This document shows, piece by piece, positions 22,434 to 35,000 of a stretch of DNA of 64,000 bases. Numbering within the stretch: the stretch's first letter is position 1; the number at the start of each line of letters is the position of its first letter. Source of the DNA: Amphiscolops sp. MND2022. Lineage: Eukaryota. The notes beneath the pieces were generated by a model, which was not told where the DNA came from, made no database searches, and was given only the letters and a program-made list of their open reading frames with translations. The stretch is from contig OZ076409.1 in NCBI GenBank assembly GCA_964187785.1, forward strand, positions 12,340,001-12,404,000. The letters are read 5' to 3'. Both the position numbers and the translations under genes were made by a program.

Positions 22434-25141
22434 TCAAGAAAATGGAGGAGGAAAAGGATAGTTTATCCGCGAATAGATTTTAATTGGTGTATCCGTAGTA
22501 GAAGTGACAGGATTGTTAATTAAAGTGTCATGTTGAGTAGTTAGATTGTCATTCGAGTGAAAGTTTTTATGAGTATAATTAGAAAGTGGAGGATGTTGAA
22601 CAGGAGAGAAAGGAAGTGGAGCCGTTTCATGGTGAGAATTGTGGTGTCGTTTCGGAAACAAGTTAAATTTAGGAAATTGAATTTTGTTAGGACGTTTAGT
22701 GTAGAAAGGTGGAGGGGAAGTAACATCTGTAGAATGGTTAATTAGATTTGGAGAAGTGTCAATAAAATTATCTAAAGATTTGGATTTTAAAATCGTACTT
22801 TTGGGTTTTTTGTTTTGAGTCTCATGGAGGTCACTGACCATTCGTGCTGTAAGCACATTAAAAAAACCATGTGCTATAGAACTAAATAAAGTAATATTAT
22901 TTTTGAGATTATATTTAATAGATATTGTTTTGTAAAGTTTTACAATGAGTGTAAGAGTAGCTTGTACGAAAAGAAATGTAGAAAAGTATGTACCACATTG
23001 TGTGAGAATGTAACAAGGGTATCCAAAAAGTGCAATAAAAGCATCTGAAAACCATGTAGGTTTAAAAAGAGGAGTTTAATTCAAGAGTTTATCATGGAGT
23101 CCTATACGTAATGTATTGTAAGGATTACCAGAGTCTTGAGGGGAATCTGCATCGTAATTTGGAGTATTAGATGAAATGAAGGAATAACTAAGAGCTTTGC
23201 CTAGTAATTGGAGTGTAGAATCAGAATGTTTAGAAAATAAAATACGGTTCCAAAATTGATCAAGTTCTGCATTTGAATATATACCAGCATCTTGGGCTGT
23301 AAAAGTATTAGGGCGTATTGTAGTTTTGATTTGTGAAGGTGTAATCATTAGTGGAGGTTTGCGTTTAATAGGTTCAGTTCCAAGAATGTAAAAATCTTGA
23401 TCGTCTGAATCAGGATCTAGTTCAATAATGTTACGTGGATTATTATCACATGTAATTGGTGTAGCATAATCATAAGTTTGTCTTGTAATAGGATCAACGT
23501 ACATTAAGGTATCTTTAAAATGTATTGGTATACGGTCAAAGCATCTATCTGCTTTGTATAAAGGAGATAGAAAATGAGGACAGTCGTAAAGCCAGGCGGT
23601 TGAGCCTTCAACGTATAAGAAGTTACTTCTATTACCGGTTAAGAGAAAACCAGCAAGTTGAGGGTTTTGTACTGACATTGCGAGTATTGTAAGGAGTTGG
23701 TTTCGTTCTAGTTCACATATTGTATGAAGAGTATTTAGTTCTTGTACTGTCATTGATCGGAAAACATGATTAATAGTATAATCGATTTTGGTGTTTATAT
23801 GTGCATCATAATCAATGGTAGCAAAATTGTTTGAGACATTTAATGCAGGGAATACAAATTTGTTATTTGAAGTGTCTAATACTATTTTACCAGAAATATA
23901 TTCATCAATCATGGAATGAGGATTGGGTTGTCCTGTATGCATATTGAAACCATCAATGTATGTTACAAAAAGGTCTGAAAATTGTGTAGAATAAAGAGGG
24001 TCTGGTTTACCACAAAAGGTTTGTGCTGTAGGAAAAACTTCAAACTTGAAAGACTTGGATTATTTGGATGTTGTGTATGAGGAGCATAAACATAGGGATG
24101 TTCTGTACCTTTGATACCAGAAGCTGTTTTAGATTTTATTGGATGTGGAGAATGTACAAAAGAGTCTGTTTCAATCCAATATCTATCTTCAATTTTAGTC
24201 ATACGTCCAATAAAGTCTTGTAAGGTAAAAATTAGACAATAATCATCAGTGAACCAAACAAAAGTAAAATGAGTTTTTGTAGTGGGTTTACAGAAACCAT
24301 CTGCAAAATAGCAGGGTAATGTATGTCCATCGATTATCATGTCATTAGATGTGTCATCATATGTAAGTTCCACTTCAGAAATTTCTAGCCGCCAACTAAC
24401 TAAGTTGACTTCGAATTGATGATGAGCAGGACAGTTATGATAAGGGTTTTGAGTAGGGTCATATATCCAGTTTTTATCAGCAGGCATAAATGTAAATGTA
24501 CCTGTATACATTTCGTTCAATTGATATACAGTGAAAGGGGTTTGATATTGTTCTAAACGTTCTTGAAAACAATGATCTTCTAAGAGTGTAAAAGTTTTGT
24601 TGTATTGAAAGTTATTCAGTATTTTATCATTTGTACCATTTAAATGTCTCATAATGTTTTTACATTCTACTGGATCAAGAGTAACAGGGAGCGGTAATAT
24701 ATTATGATTCCATACGGTTCTATCAACACGACGGTATTTTACGGAACCTTGAAAGCATATTTTCCTTTCTTTCTTTGCATAAGCAACACATTTAAAAGCT
24801 TTGATGCGTTTAGCTTTTGCTCGGACATATACACGGGCTTTAACACTTGCATGCTTAATGTCGGAAGGAGCTTCAGTGCATTGTTTTACATTGAGTAGAT
24901 TAAATTGTCTCAGATTGTGTTGTTTTGCACAGTCATAATGAGAAACCATGAGATTTGTAATATTCGGGTCATCCGATGGAAGATAGTTTTCTGTGTCAGA
25001 GGGTGTTATGGGTATGGAAAAAGTAGAGTTAAATAAATGTAAATAAAGAATTAGATGTGTTATGTAAAAGGTTGTGTAGGGTTTAAAAAGATGTTGTATA
25101 TTTAGGACCGGAATATGGGTTACAGAAGACAATGTTGCCAT
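22434..25141 (-). pseudogene. env: envelope glycoprotein, chuvirus/gB-like class III fusogen (one frameshift ~24048, one TAA at 23076-23078)
   Basis: Hydrophobic signal (FYITHLILYLHLFNSTFS), then HYDC...NLLNVKQC, a Cys-rich ectodomain with NxS/T sites, TFCG..LYST..SDLFV and ICELERNQLLTILAMSVQNPQLAGFLLTG...G...LYDC...CFDRIPI...DPITR...ITC. Reading through the stop gives a TM region and then the in-frame ORF 22434-22856 as cytoplasmic tail. Confidence 0.8.
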
Positions 25142-26324
25142 ATGTGATAGTGGGTATATTGAGATCGCGTTCAAATTCAATATGTACTACTTCAAAAGGA
25201 GCAGGAGAGGTTTTATGTTCCATTTTAAAGACGTGAAATATTGGGTGTGGATATAATCCTTGAAATTTGACTTTGACTTCAAACTTAAGTTCTAGATTTG
25301 ATGTCTGGAGGCGTTTTAGTTCTGTTTCTTTGCGTTTGTGCGATAAGAGGTCGTTGTTGTTAATGAAACGTTCTGCAAGAATTGGAAATCGGGGATCGTT
25401 TTAAGGGTCGTAGATGGTTATACCATCGACTCTTAGTGGATAGTCAGCAAAATTTGGAGTTGGAGGTCTAGAGTGTTCTGCAGTATAGTGTTCGGGCAGT
25501 CTAATATGTGCAGGAACAGGAGTAGGGATTACCACTTGTGAGAAAAGGTCTCCTGATAAAAATGCAGTCTGAGGGTTAGATGAGAGTAGTGAAGCGGTTT
25601 CAAAACCAGAAGTAAAATAAGGAGATTGGAAGAGTTCTGAAGATGGTGTGTCAGAGGACAATGGTTGAGCGTGTTGTCGTACAAGTCGTAATGCAGAAAT
25701 GCTAGAAAGAGCCGAAAAATTGAGTGTTGAAGTGTCTGTACTAAGTCTACGTGAAGGAAGGTCACGAAGATTATATCTATGTTTAGGTACAAAAAGTAAG
25801 CTTGTGTCTTGTGATGGAGCGTAGTCTGAAGTATTATTGTCTAAAAGATTTGAGAGTGATGTAGAGGGTTTTCGAAGAGGTTTTAATGGTGGATAAAGTT
25901 TTGAAGAAGTAGTGCTAAGTTCGGAAGGTAATTTTAGTGAAGGTAGCTTTGTATATTCGGTATCAGGGATTTGTACAAGATTAAGTTGAGGTTGTAGTCT
26001 AACAGTTTTGATAGCTGTAGGATGTTTGTATGTTACGTATTGTTCAACACTTTCAGGGTTTGGTATATGTATAATAGGAGTGTTAATAGGAGTTTGTTGA
26101 GGACGAGTGTTTATAGGAATTTCAGTTATAGGTGGTCTGTGAAGAAGGGAGGAAGAGGTGGTTTCAGAGATGTATGATCTTGATCTTTTAGAAGGAGTAG
26201 TAGGAGTTACATTACTAGAGTTTGTAGTACTAGATACTGAAGATTCAGGTGGGGAAGGAATACTTGGAGCTGATGGAGATATATCAGAGGGAGGATCCAG
26301 GGTTGTTGAAGTGTTTTCAACAGG
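25083..26324 (-). pseudogene. S/P/T-rich ORF3 between pol and env (~410 codons, one internal TAA at 25401-25403, no ATG start)
   Basis: The frame is open from 26324 through the 25401-25661 ORF, and after one stop it continues to 25083, overlapping the env start. Contains PSAP and LYPPL. Confidence 0.6.
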
Positions 26325-26410
26325 TTATGTTTGAGATAACTTGTTATGGGTTATATTTCATTCAACTGGTGTGACTAGTTTTGAGTGAGCCAACGGATAG
26401 AATGACTGGA

Positions 26411-29400
26411 TTACAGTTTTGAAGGTGTAATAAAAAGTCTATAATCTAATTTGGGTTGTTGTCGTAGTTTAGAAGTAGTTTTTGTGGTTCTGTCATTTAG
26501 AGGAGGAAGTGAAGTTGTTTGGTTATTAGATGAGTGTCTTGATCTGTCACTAGAGACATTAGTGTGAGGGGTATTAATTATATGTCTATACAAGGAGTTG
26601 TCATTGGTTGAGGGAGTCAAAGACTTGTCATTGGATGTTATAGATGGTGTATTCTGATTGGATGTACTAAATGATGATGGTGTTACAAATGTTTGGGAAT
26701 CTTCTTCTGACAACGATTCGTCTGAGTTAAAAGGAGAAGAATCACTGTTTGCATATTTGATAGGTTGTGGAATTTGAAATTGAGTTGTGTCTGAAAAGCG
26801 CATAAAACTACGCATGTGTGGATATAAAAGTGGTTCTTTTGGATAATATGGAATTAATTGATTTCTGTGGACGTGGACTGTAGAGCCATCTTGTGCAAGT
26901 AGTTCGTATGTGACGTCTGATAATCTGTCAAGAATTTTGTATGGTCCAATCCGAAGGGGTTTTAGTTTGTCAGAAAAGTGAACGTGTGTAAAATTGCGTT
27001 TTAAAACAAAGGTACCAATAGGAAGGGGTTTACCTTCATGGTAAGTTTTTGTAATATAGGCGTGTGAATTGATTTTTCTTAGAGTGTTTTCGTATACTGT
27101 AGAATAAATTTGTAACATAGCAGTTTCTACAGCGAGAAACCAATGTGGAATGGGTTTTGAAAGTGTTTTATAGAAAAATGGGTTTAAATCTGATTTATCA
27201 TAATGGGAGTGTGCTGGAAGTTGAGAGCAATATCGTGAAATACATGTTTTAGAGGTGTCTCGGTTAAGGTTCAAATCAAATGTAAGGGGTATTCTGGGTC
27301 GGGTGTGGAAAACAATTTCGTGAGGTGAAATGTTGAGTTCTGAAAGTGGTTGTGAATTATGTGCATAAGCGTACATATGGACTTGGAATGCCCAATCTTT
27401 AGGTGTGTCATGTAAGAACATTCGTAAATGGGTACCAAGATTTCTGTTTTGTACTTCAACAAGGCCGTTTGTCCAAGGAGAGTAAGCTGTTTTAGGAGAC
27501 TGACGAATTCCCATAAGTGTGCAAAGGTGTGCCATTTCTTTATTAACATATTCTGATCCACAATCAGTGACAAGATATATGGGTGGTCCAAATTTAATAA
27601 TCCAATGGTGTAGGAGAATTTTGATAGCAGTCTTTGCGTTGTTTGATTTGATGGGTACTGTAACAACAAAGTGACTAAAAGCGTCAATTATCACGTGTAT
27701 ATAGGATTTGTTGTGAGAAGGAGGATTAATAGGTCCTTTAGTGTCCATTGAAATTCGATAGTTGAAAGATGGAGCATGTTCTGAAAATGATTAAGTAGGA
27801 GCAGTTTGAATTTTCATATTAAAGTGTTTGTTTCGTTGACATTCAATACAATCATGTATGAAAATGGAAAGCCATTTTTCAAGGTATGGAATGTAGTTAT
27901 ATTGTTTGAATGTATTGTAGGTGCTTTTCATACCAGTATGAGAGTGTTCATGGAGTTTGTTAAAGACAGTTTTAAACAGTCGGAAAGGAAGGCATATACG
28001 AATAGTGTCTTGTACAAAATTTGGAGTAGAGGATTGGTTGATAACAGTGGGGTTTGTAATATATAGACAAATAAGATTTGTGGATTCGTCAATGAAAAGT
28101 TGTGAAAATCTTTTGTAATAAACATGTAAAAATGGAGTACCAGTGATAAGAGGTGTTACAAATTCGGGTTTTTCATTGTTTAATAACCAAGAATAAACAG
28201 TTCTAAGAACCGGATCTTGGGATTTTTGATGTTGAAGAGTTTTTATGTCCAATGAGTAATCATCTGGAAGGAAGAAACCTTGAAAATAGTTTTTGTACTT
28301 AAAAAATGATGTATCATTGAAAGGTATGATTTGTTGACAGTGTGTGAGAGATGGTAAATTTGGTTGTACATTTATTGCAGAAATTGATTTTTGTGAGGTA
28401 GTGTGAGTTGGTTGTTTAAGAGTAGAATAATTTTCTGTTTGTAATGTTGTATCTTGTAAGAAGGAAGAGTCAGATTTTGGAATTCTGGTGTAAATATGAT
28501 CTGCGTCATCACTTGTAACGTCTATCATTAAGTAAGAGAGATTGTTGATGGAGGGTTTTGTTGTTCTTTTTTGTAGGTGTCTTGAACTTAGTTTGAAAAG
28601 GAGTTATGGATTTGAATGAGAAGGATTGTAACGGTTTGACAACAATGTCTTTTCCTTTATCATTGATTCGAATAGAGAATTGATCTGTACCATAATCAGC
28701 AAGAACTGGATGAGAGTCATGTTTTTGATGAGGTAAAATTTCTTCATGTTTCATAAAGTAATGTACAGGTTTAAGAGTGTTATCTTGTAAAAGTGCAAAA
28801 TCGATTTGTGGTGGGAGGTGTTTATGTTTTAATTGGTTTAGTTGTAATTCAGCTTTTGTAAAGGAGCGACTCAACATATCGGCAACAGAGAGATTTTTTC
28901 CAGGAGTATGAATTATTTTGAGTTTTGAAAATTTTGTCAATTGCATTTGAGCTCTGTAGAAACGATGACTGAGATTACCTTTCTTTGTAAAACAATGTAA
29001 TAAAGGTTTGTGATCAGTAAAATTGTGCATTGTATGGGGAGAACCTATGATGAGAAATTCATAGATTTGAAGTGCGTGTACTATACCAAGAAGTTCTCTA
29101 TCAAGTGTGGAGAGTTTTTGTTCTTGTGGATTAAGTATACGAGAGTTGTACGATATGACTTTCATTTTGTTTTGTTCATTCAATTGAAATAAGACAGCGC
29201 CTAATCCAATAAGGGAAGCGTCAACTGTAATGAAAAATGGATGTTTTGTATTTGGTATTGTTAATTCTGTTTCAGAAGTGAGAGACATTTTAAGTTTTTG
29301 GAATAGACTTTCGTGTTCGTCTGTCCATTTCCAAGGAGTGTTCTCATGTAAAAGATCGTAAAATGGTTTGAGGTTAATATGTAGTTTTTCAATAAATTTG

Positions 29401-32400
29401 GTGTAAAAATTGAGTGCGCCAATGAAACTCATTAGAGCAACTTTGCCAGTTGGAGAAGGGATCTTATGAATAGCTGCAGTTTTTGAATGAATTGGTTTAA
29501 TTGTATTGTAACCAATTTCATGTCAAAGGAATTTGACTTTAAGAAGCATGAAAAAGGATTTTTCAGGGGCTAGTTTAAGATTTGTTTTGTACTAATATTG
29601 TGTAGTTGTTCTATGAGTTGGAACATGTGTTCTTTTGAATCAGATAAAAGTAATATATCGTCAATGTAGACAAGAGCGAAACCTTGTTCTATAAGAGTTT
29701 TAAAGAAAGTAGACATTTGTTTTGTAAAGAAGTTTGGTAGTCCTTTGAGACCATAAAAGCTTCGGATAAAAGCGAAAAGTTTATCTCCGGAGGAGAAACT
29801 AGTAAGTTTTATAGTATCTTCGTCAAGAGGTGTATGTGCATAGGCATACATAAGGTCAATAGCAGATTTATTTGTACTTTTTATTTGCGCGTGCTAGTTG
29901 TGGAGCAAGAGGTTCAATAGGCCAAGATTCATCGGATTGTTCTGTATTGGAGTTAAGATGTCGAGCGTCTAATACACATTTTATTGTATCTCCCTTGGGG
30001 ATTATAATAAGAGGGTTTAAATAAGTTGTGCCATAAACGGGTTTGTCTTGAGGAGAAGAACCAATTTGTTTAATAATGTTATATTTTTCGAGTTCTTTGA
30101 GAAGTACGTTAAGTTTGTCTCGGTAGTGGATAGGGACTTTGGAAGGACGTTGTGTCATAAGTTGAGCATTTGGTTTAAGTCGTACACGAAATGGTGTTGA
30201 AATTTTTCCAACATCGTTTTTATGAGTTGCATAACATGTTTTATATTTGAGTAACATATTGCAAAGAGTAATGTATTCTGAATCTGTAAGTTCAGAAAAT
30301 TGGAAGTTAAATTTATTAATAAATTTCAGATTTTCAGAAGTATATGGTAGAGAAGGAAAAATGCGTTTTTCGGAAGTATGAGAAGTAGGCTGAACGTTAT
30401 ATAAAGGAGAAGTTTGATTTGGAATGTCGTTATTTGCAATATGAATTTGATGTAGAGAGAATTGAGGAGGAAGGGTTGTAGTATCATCATATTGTACAAT
30501 ATAGTTGGTCTGTGGAAGTGGTTCAGTAATATCAGGATGATAAGTATGGGTAACGTTATGTATTAAAGTATTAATGTCGTTAACTTGGAAGAATTTAGAT
30601 TTTTCATTAGTAATTGGAACTTCAATGTATCCAATATGTCCTGTAGGTAGGGTTGCAATATGTTTTGAAGTGTTCTGAGTAATAGTTGCACAAATATCTG
30701 GCTTGTCGTCTGTAAATACTTCAATGAAATTGAAATTTGTACGGAATTTGGTAGAAAAAAACGTATGAGGTACTGAAGGAAAGAAGTGGTTTTGTGGTGT
30801 GGTTGTAAAATGAAGATTATGATAATTTTTGATCGGAAAGTGTGCAATTTTTGAAGATTTGGGTTTTAGACGTATCTGAGTTTTCGAGTTAATTCTATTA
30901 ATGTAAGAGAAGTATGGATAATCTTTAGATAGGAGTGTTGTGAATTTTGCATAATTTGGGTGTGTTTTTGATTGGTATTTAAATTCGAGTGTAAAATCTT
31001 GTATGTTTATGTTTTGTATATTGTCTTCAAAGAATGGTGTGCCAAGGATGTTGTATTTGATATCAGCTACTGCGAAAGGTACTGAAAAGTAACGAGAGTT
31101 TTCATGAATAGTGGTGTTCAAAATTATATTTGCATAATGTAAAATAGGAACTTCAGTTTGGTTTGCAACGGTTAATGTTTTGGAATTTCGAGTTGGTCCA
31201 ACATCAGAGGTGTGATTTAATCTAATATCTAGGAGTTTTGTAAGAGTTATGTATGTTGGGTAATTGAGTACAGAAATGGAAGCACCGCTATCTAGGAGGA
31301 ATGCAATTTCTAATCTAGATGGGTTGTCTCTTTGTACTATACTTGATGGGGTGTGTACATATAGTGTATAAAACCAACTTGTAGATGTGACAGCATTTGC
31401 CATTGCTGTTGGGTGATACATGTGTACTTCAAATTTGATAGGGTCAGTTTGGTCTTGTTGTTGTATCATATTGACTTTATTTCTAGAATTGGAGTGTGAG
31501 CGAGATCTAGAAAATCTAGAGTCTCTTGGTCTTGAAGGTGGTCTATATGAATTTGTGTACTTGGTGAATTTGTTATCTCTTGAATAGGAGCGTGATCTGT
31601 ATCTAGGACGAGAGTTTTGTCGATATGGGGATCTATAAGAAGATCTGTAAGGAGAACGGTAAGATCGAGAATCACGTTTGTATGTATCATATCCTGATCT
31701 AGAGTAGTGTGGAGGAGTAGTACTTTTGTCGTAACGAAATCTGTCTCTATCTCGAGATGTAGAACGGTATCGGTTTTGTGAATAATTTTTGTTGTAAGAG
31801 TTGTCTCGTGAGGAACTTCGACTTCGGTATCGATTATCATTGTGTTTTGTTCTGTCATTGGAAGGGGAACGAAAGTACTGAACGAATGATTTTTGTGGAG
31901 ATTTTGATCGAGCATATGCTTCTCGTTTATCTTCATCATCTCGTTGTTTTTTGAAACAGGCAGAAATGGAGTGATTTGTTCTATGACAGTATGAGCAATG
32001 TTTTTTATATGCAGGTTTATTTTTGTTATTTGGGTCTTTGGGTTGTGTATACATAAGTTGTTCTTGAGATGAGTGATCAAGAGTTTGAGTGTTCAATTGT
32101 TTTGTAATATTATTAATTTCAAGTGCAAGATCATGTGTTCTGATTTTGTCGTTTGCTATGTCTTCAGCATCAACAAGTTTTACTAATGTATGAAAAGGAA
32201 TTGAAGGTTCTAGAATAGTGGAGGTGTGTTTTACTTGTCTTTTATTTGCAAAATCTTTAAGGTTTTTTGGAAGTCCTTTTGTAAAGGCTTCATTACCTTT
32301 AAGGTTTATAGTAGATGCATTCTCATTACACCAGCCTTTTTCAACCAGCTGTTGAAATTTGAGTGCAAAATGACGTACTGTTTCATTATCTTTTTTTGTT

Positions 32401-35000
32401 AAATTAAGGGCTTCAACTTGAGCATAGTAAGCGTTCTTTTGTGAAGAAAATTGTTTTTTGAAAGCTTGTACAAAAGCGTGCCAATCATGTTTATAAGTGT
32501 CGTTTAAACGAATGTACCAGCTTAGTGCTGTACCTGTTAAAGAGCATTGTATGAAAACCATGCGACGGGCGTGCCAAAATTTATATTCATGTTCCGATGT
32601 AGGTTGTAAACCTAAGGAAAATGTAACACGTGCCTCAATATGTTGTAAATACTCTTCAGGTGTATAGTTGTGATCGAGTCCATCAAAAGGTTTAATGGGT
32701 TCTGATATAGAATTGGAAGAATTAATATATGTTGGGTGTGACATAGTGTTATGAGACATAGTAGATGCAGGTGTTGTATTGTATGTGGGGTTATTGGAAA
32801 TATTAGGTAAAGAAGTAGTTGAAGTACTATGAAAGTGAGGGTTAGTTCTAATTGTTGTTGAAGGAGGATTTGGTATTTGAAATTGAGAAGTTTGTAATGT
32901 AGGAGTGATTGTATTGGATGTATGTTGGGAAGAAAAAGTATTTAATTGATTGGATGTATTGTAATTTATTTGAGATAGTTGTGTATTACTTGGGTTAGTT
33001 TTGGTGAGACTGTATGATAATGGATTAGTTAATATAGGTTGTAATGGAGGTCGAGAAAGATGTCTGGCAGTGGTATAGTTTGTAGATGGGTTGGAATGGA
33101 TGGTGTTAATGTTTAAGGTAGTTTGTGTAGTTTGTACTGAATTGGTTTGAGCTGGAGTATAATTCGAAGTTTGTATTTCAGAAGATGATGGTGGAGTTGG
33201 TGTTTGAAAATGTACTGTATTATTGTTTTGTGCAATGTAGGGTGTATTTGATGAGCTTTGTTGAGGAGTGTCATGGGTGTTTATTTGAGTTGAAAATTGG
33301 GGTGGAACAGAAGGTGGATTACAATTTCGAGGAGATAGTGTTTGTGTCTGAGAGGGTTGAGTAATGTTAGTATTAGATGTAGATAAAATAGAGGTATTGT
33401 CTGGATTTGTATTTGAAGTGTTGTCTTGATTTTGGTTTGTAAATTCATTTTGTGTGATATTGTGGGTAGGAATTATTAAAAGATTTGAATCATCGGTTAT
33501 TGTAAAACTTCGTGTATTTTGTACTGTTTCTTCAGAAAATTCTGATGTATTGTGAATTTTATTTGTTTCAGAAGGATTTGGTTGTTGCATATCTGAGATT
33601 TGTGATAATGGTGGGTATGATGGTTGTTCTTGAGGAGGATCAGGATTTTGAAAAAGATTAACAAGGGCTTCTTGTTCTGGAGATTCTTGTTCTGATTGTT
33701 CTGATTGTTGTCTTGTATATGAAGGTTCAACACTAGAGGTTTGTTCTTCAGGAATTGTTTCATGAGAAGTATCAGGTGTAGTAAAGGGTCTGTTATCTGA
33801 TGTTTCAGAATGTTCAAGTACAAAGTTGTGATCTAAGTTTATTTGTTCAAAATGTGTAACATTTAATGAAGTAAGATCTCGGTAATGTAAATGTTTGTTT
33901 TCATTTTTTACGATGTATGGTAAGAGTTCTATATGTGTTAATATTTGAGGGAAGTTAACATAGGCTTGTTGATCTTTTTGTTCCCAAAATAGTTGGTAGT
34001 TAAATCTAAGAAACTTTAATAAGAATTGTGTAAAAATTTTGACTTGAGGTATAGTGTCATCTGTAAGAATAATGTTGTTATAGAATCTGTACTGAAAATG
34101 TTTTATTTGTAAGATATCTCGTTGTAACCAATAATGAGGATTATCATGTCGTTGGACTTTCGTGTCAAGATCTGGGACCTCGAAATATTCAGATCTGTGT
34201 TTTAGTTCTTGTAAATGAGAAGGACGATAAGGTGGTGTGTCTTGGTTTTCATTGAATTCAATGAGTTTTTGCATGTATGTGTGAAAAACATCTTGTATAG
34301 AAAGTGTAATATTTTGTGGGTGTATAGTTCTAAAAAATGTTCCAAGGTTTATTCCTTTAACAGGGTTAAAAATAACTTGAAAAGGGATTTGTGATGGTGT
34401 AATATCAAGTGTTTTATAGTGGATATAATATAGATAAGAATCACAATGTTCTCGTACTAATGAAATAGTATGTAATATATGGGGTTCTGTTTCAAATGGA
34501 AGTGGGTTTGTGTACTGAAAGATAATGTTTTGTAGAACAGGTGTTACATCTTGTATAAGAGATCGATTTTGTCTTTTGTCAGTAGTGACTGTTAATGGAG
34601 TGGGAAGCATTATATGATATTAAGTTTGATTAGTACAATAAGATTGCCATAGAGGATAGATGTATCGGAAAAGAAGATATTTTGTATTGAATTGTGAATT
34701 ATATGGAAAAATTTGCTCTATGAAAACAACTTGTAAGAAAAAAGTAAGTGCAACACTTATGAAAAGAAGGAATGGGTATTGTATATATTGAATAAGTGTA
34801 TGGAAAGTGTGGTAGATACTAAGTAGTCCAAAAAGAGGTAGTACTATACTTGTTAACATAGAAGAAAAAGGTTGTACTTCAAAGTTTTGGTATGAATGAA
34901 ATTAAGAATTTGTCCAGAAAGAGTGCAAGACCGGCAATGATAGCAACAAAAACCAAAAGCAGACAATGAGTTTAACTATAGTGTCCACTGAAGGCGGCAT
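26411..35000 (-). pseudogene. gag-pol: Gypsy Gag-Pol polyprotein (leader-Gag-PR-RT-RH-IN), disrupted by several stops and frameshifts
   Basis: Capsid-like PFDG..., LTGTALSWY..W..F...F; zinc knuckle CSYCHRTNHSISAC; protease LLDSGAS; RT VYIDD; RNase H VDAS..GLGAVL, RELL, TDHKPL, ADMLSR; integrase HEHSH..CIEC, IDAFSH, TDCGSEY, NGLVE and IGPYKI. Lesions near 34903, 34621, 29868, 29585, 29524, 28520 and 27791. Confidence 0.93.

Noticed and set aside
2976..35000. Stop-codon reassignment suggested by many in-frame TAA codons in both retroelements
   Set aside because: The stops replace different expected residues (Leu, Gln), a TGA replaces Gly in RT (~29524), and frameshifts co-occur. This is ordinary decay in AT-rich codons.
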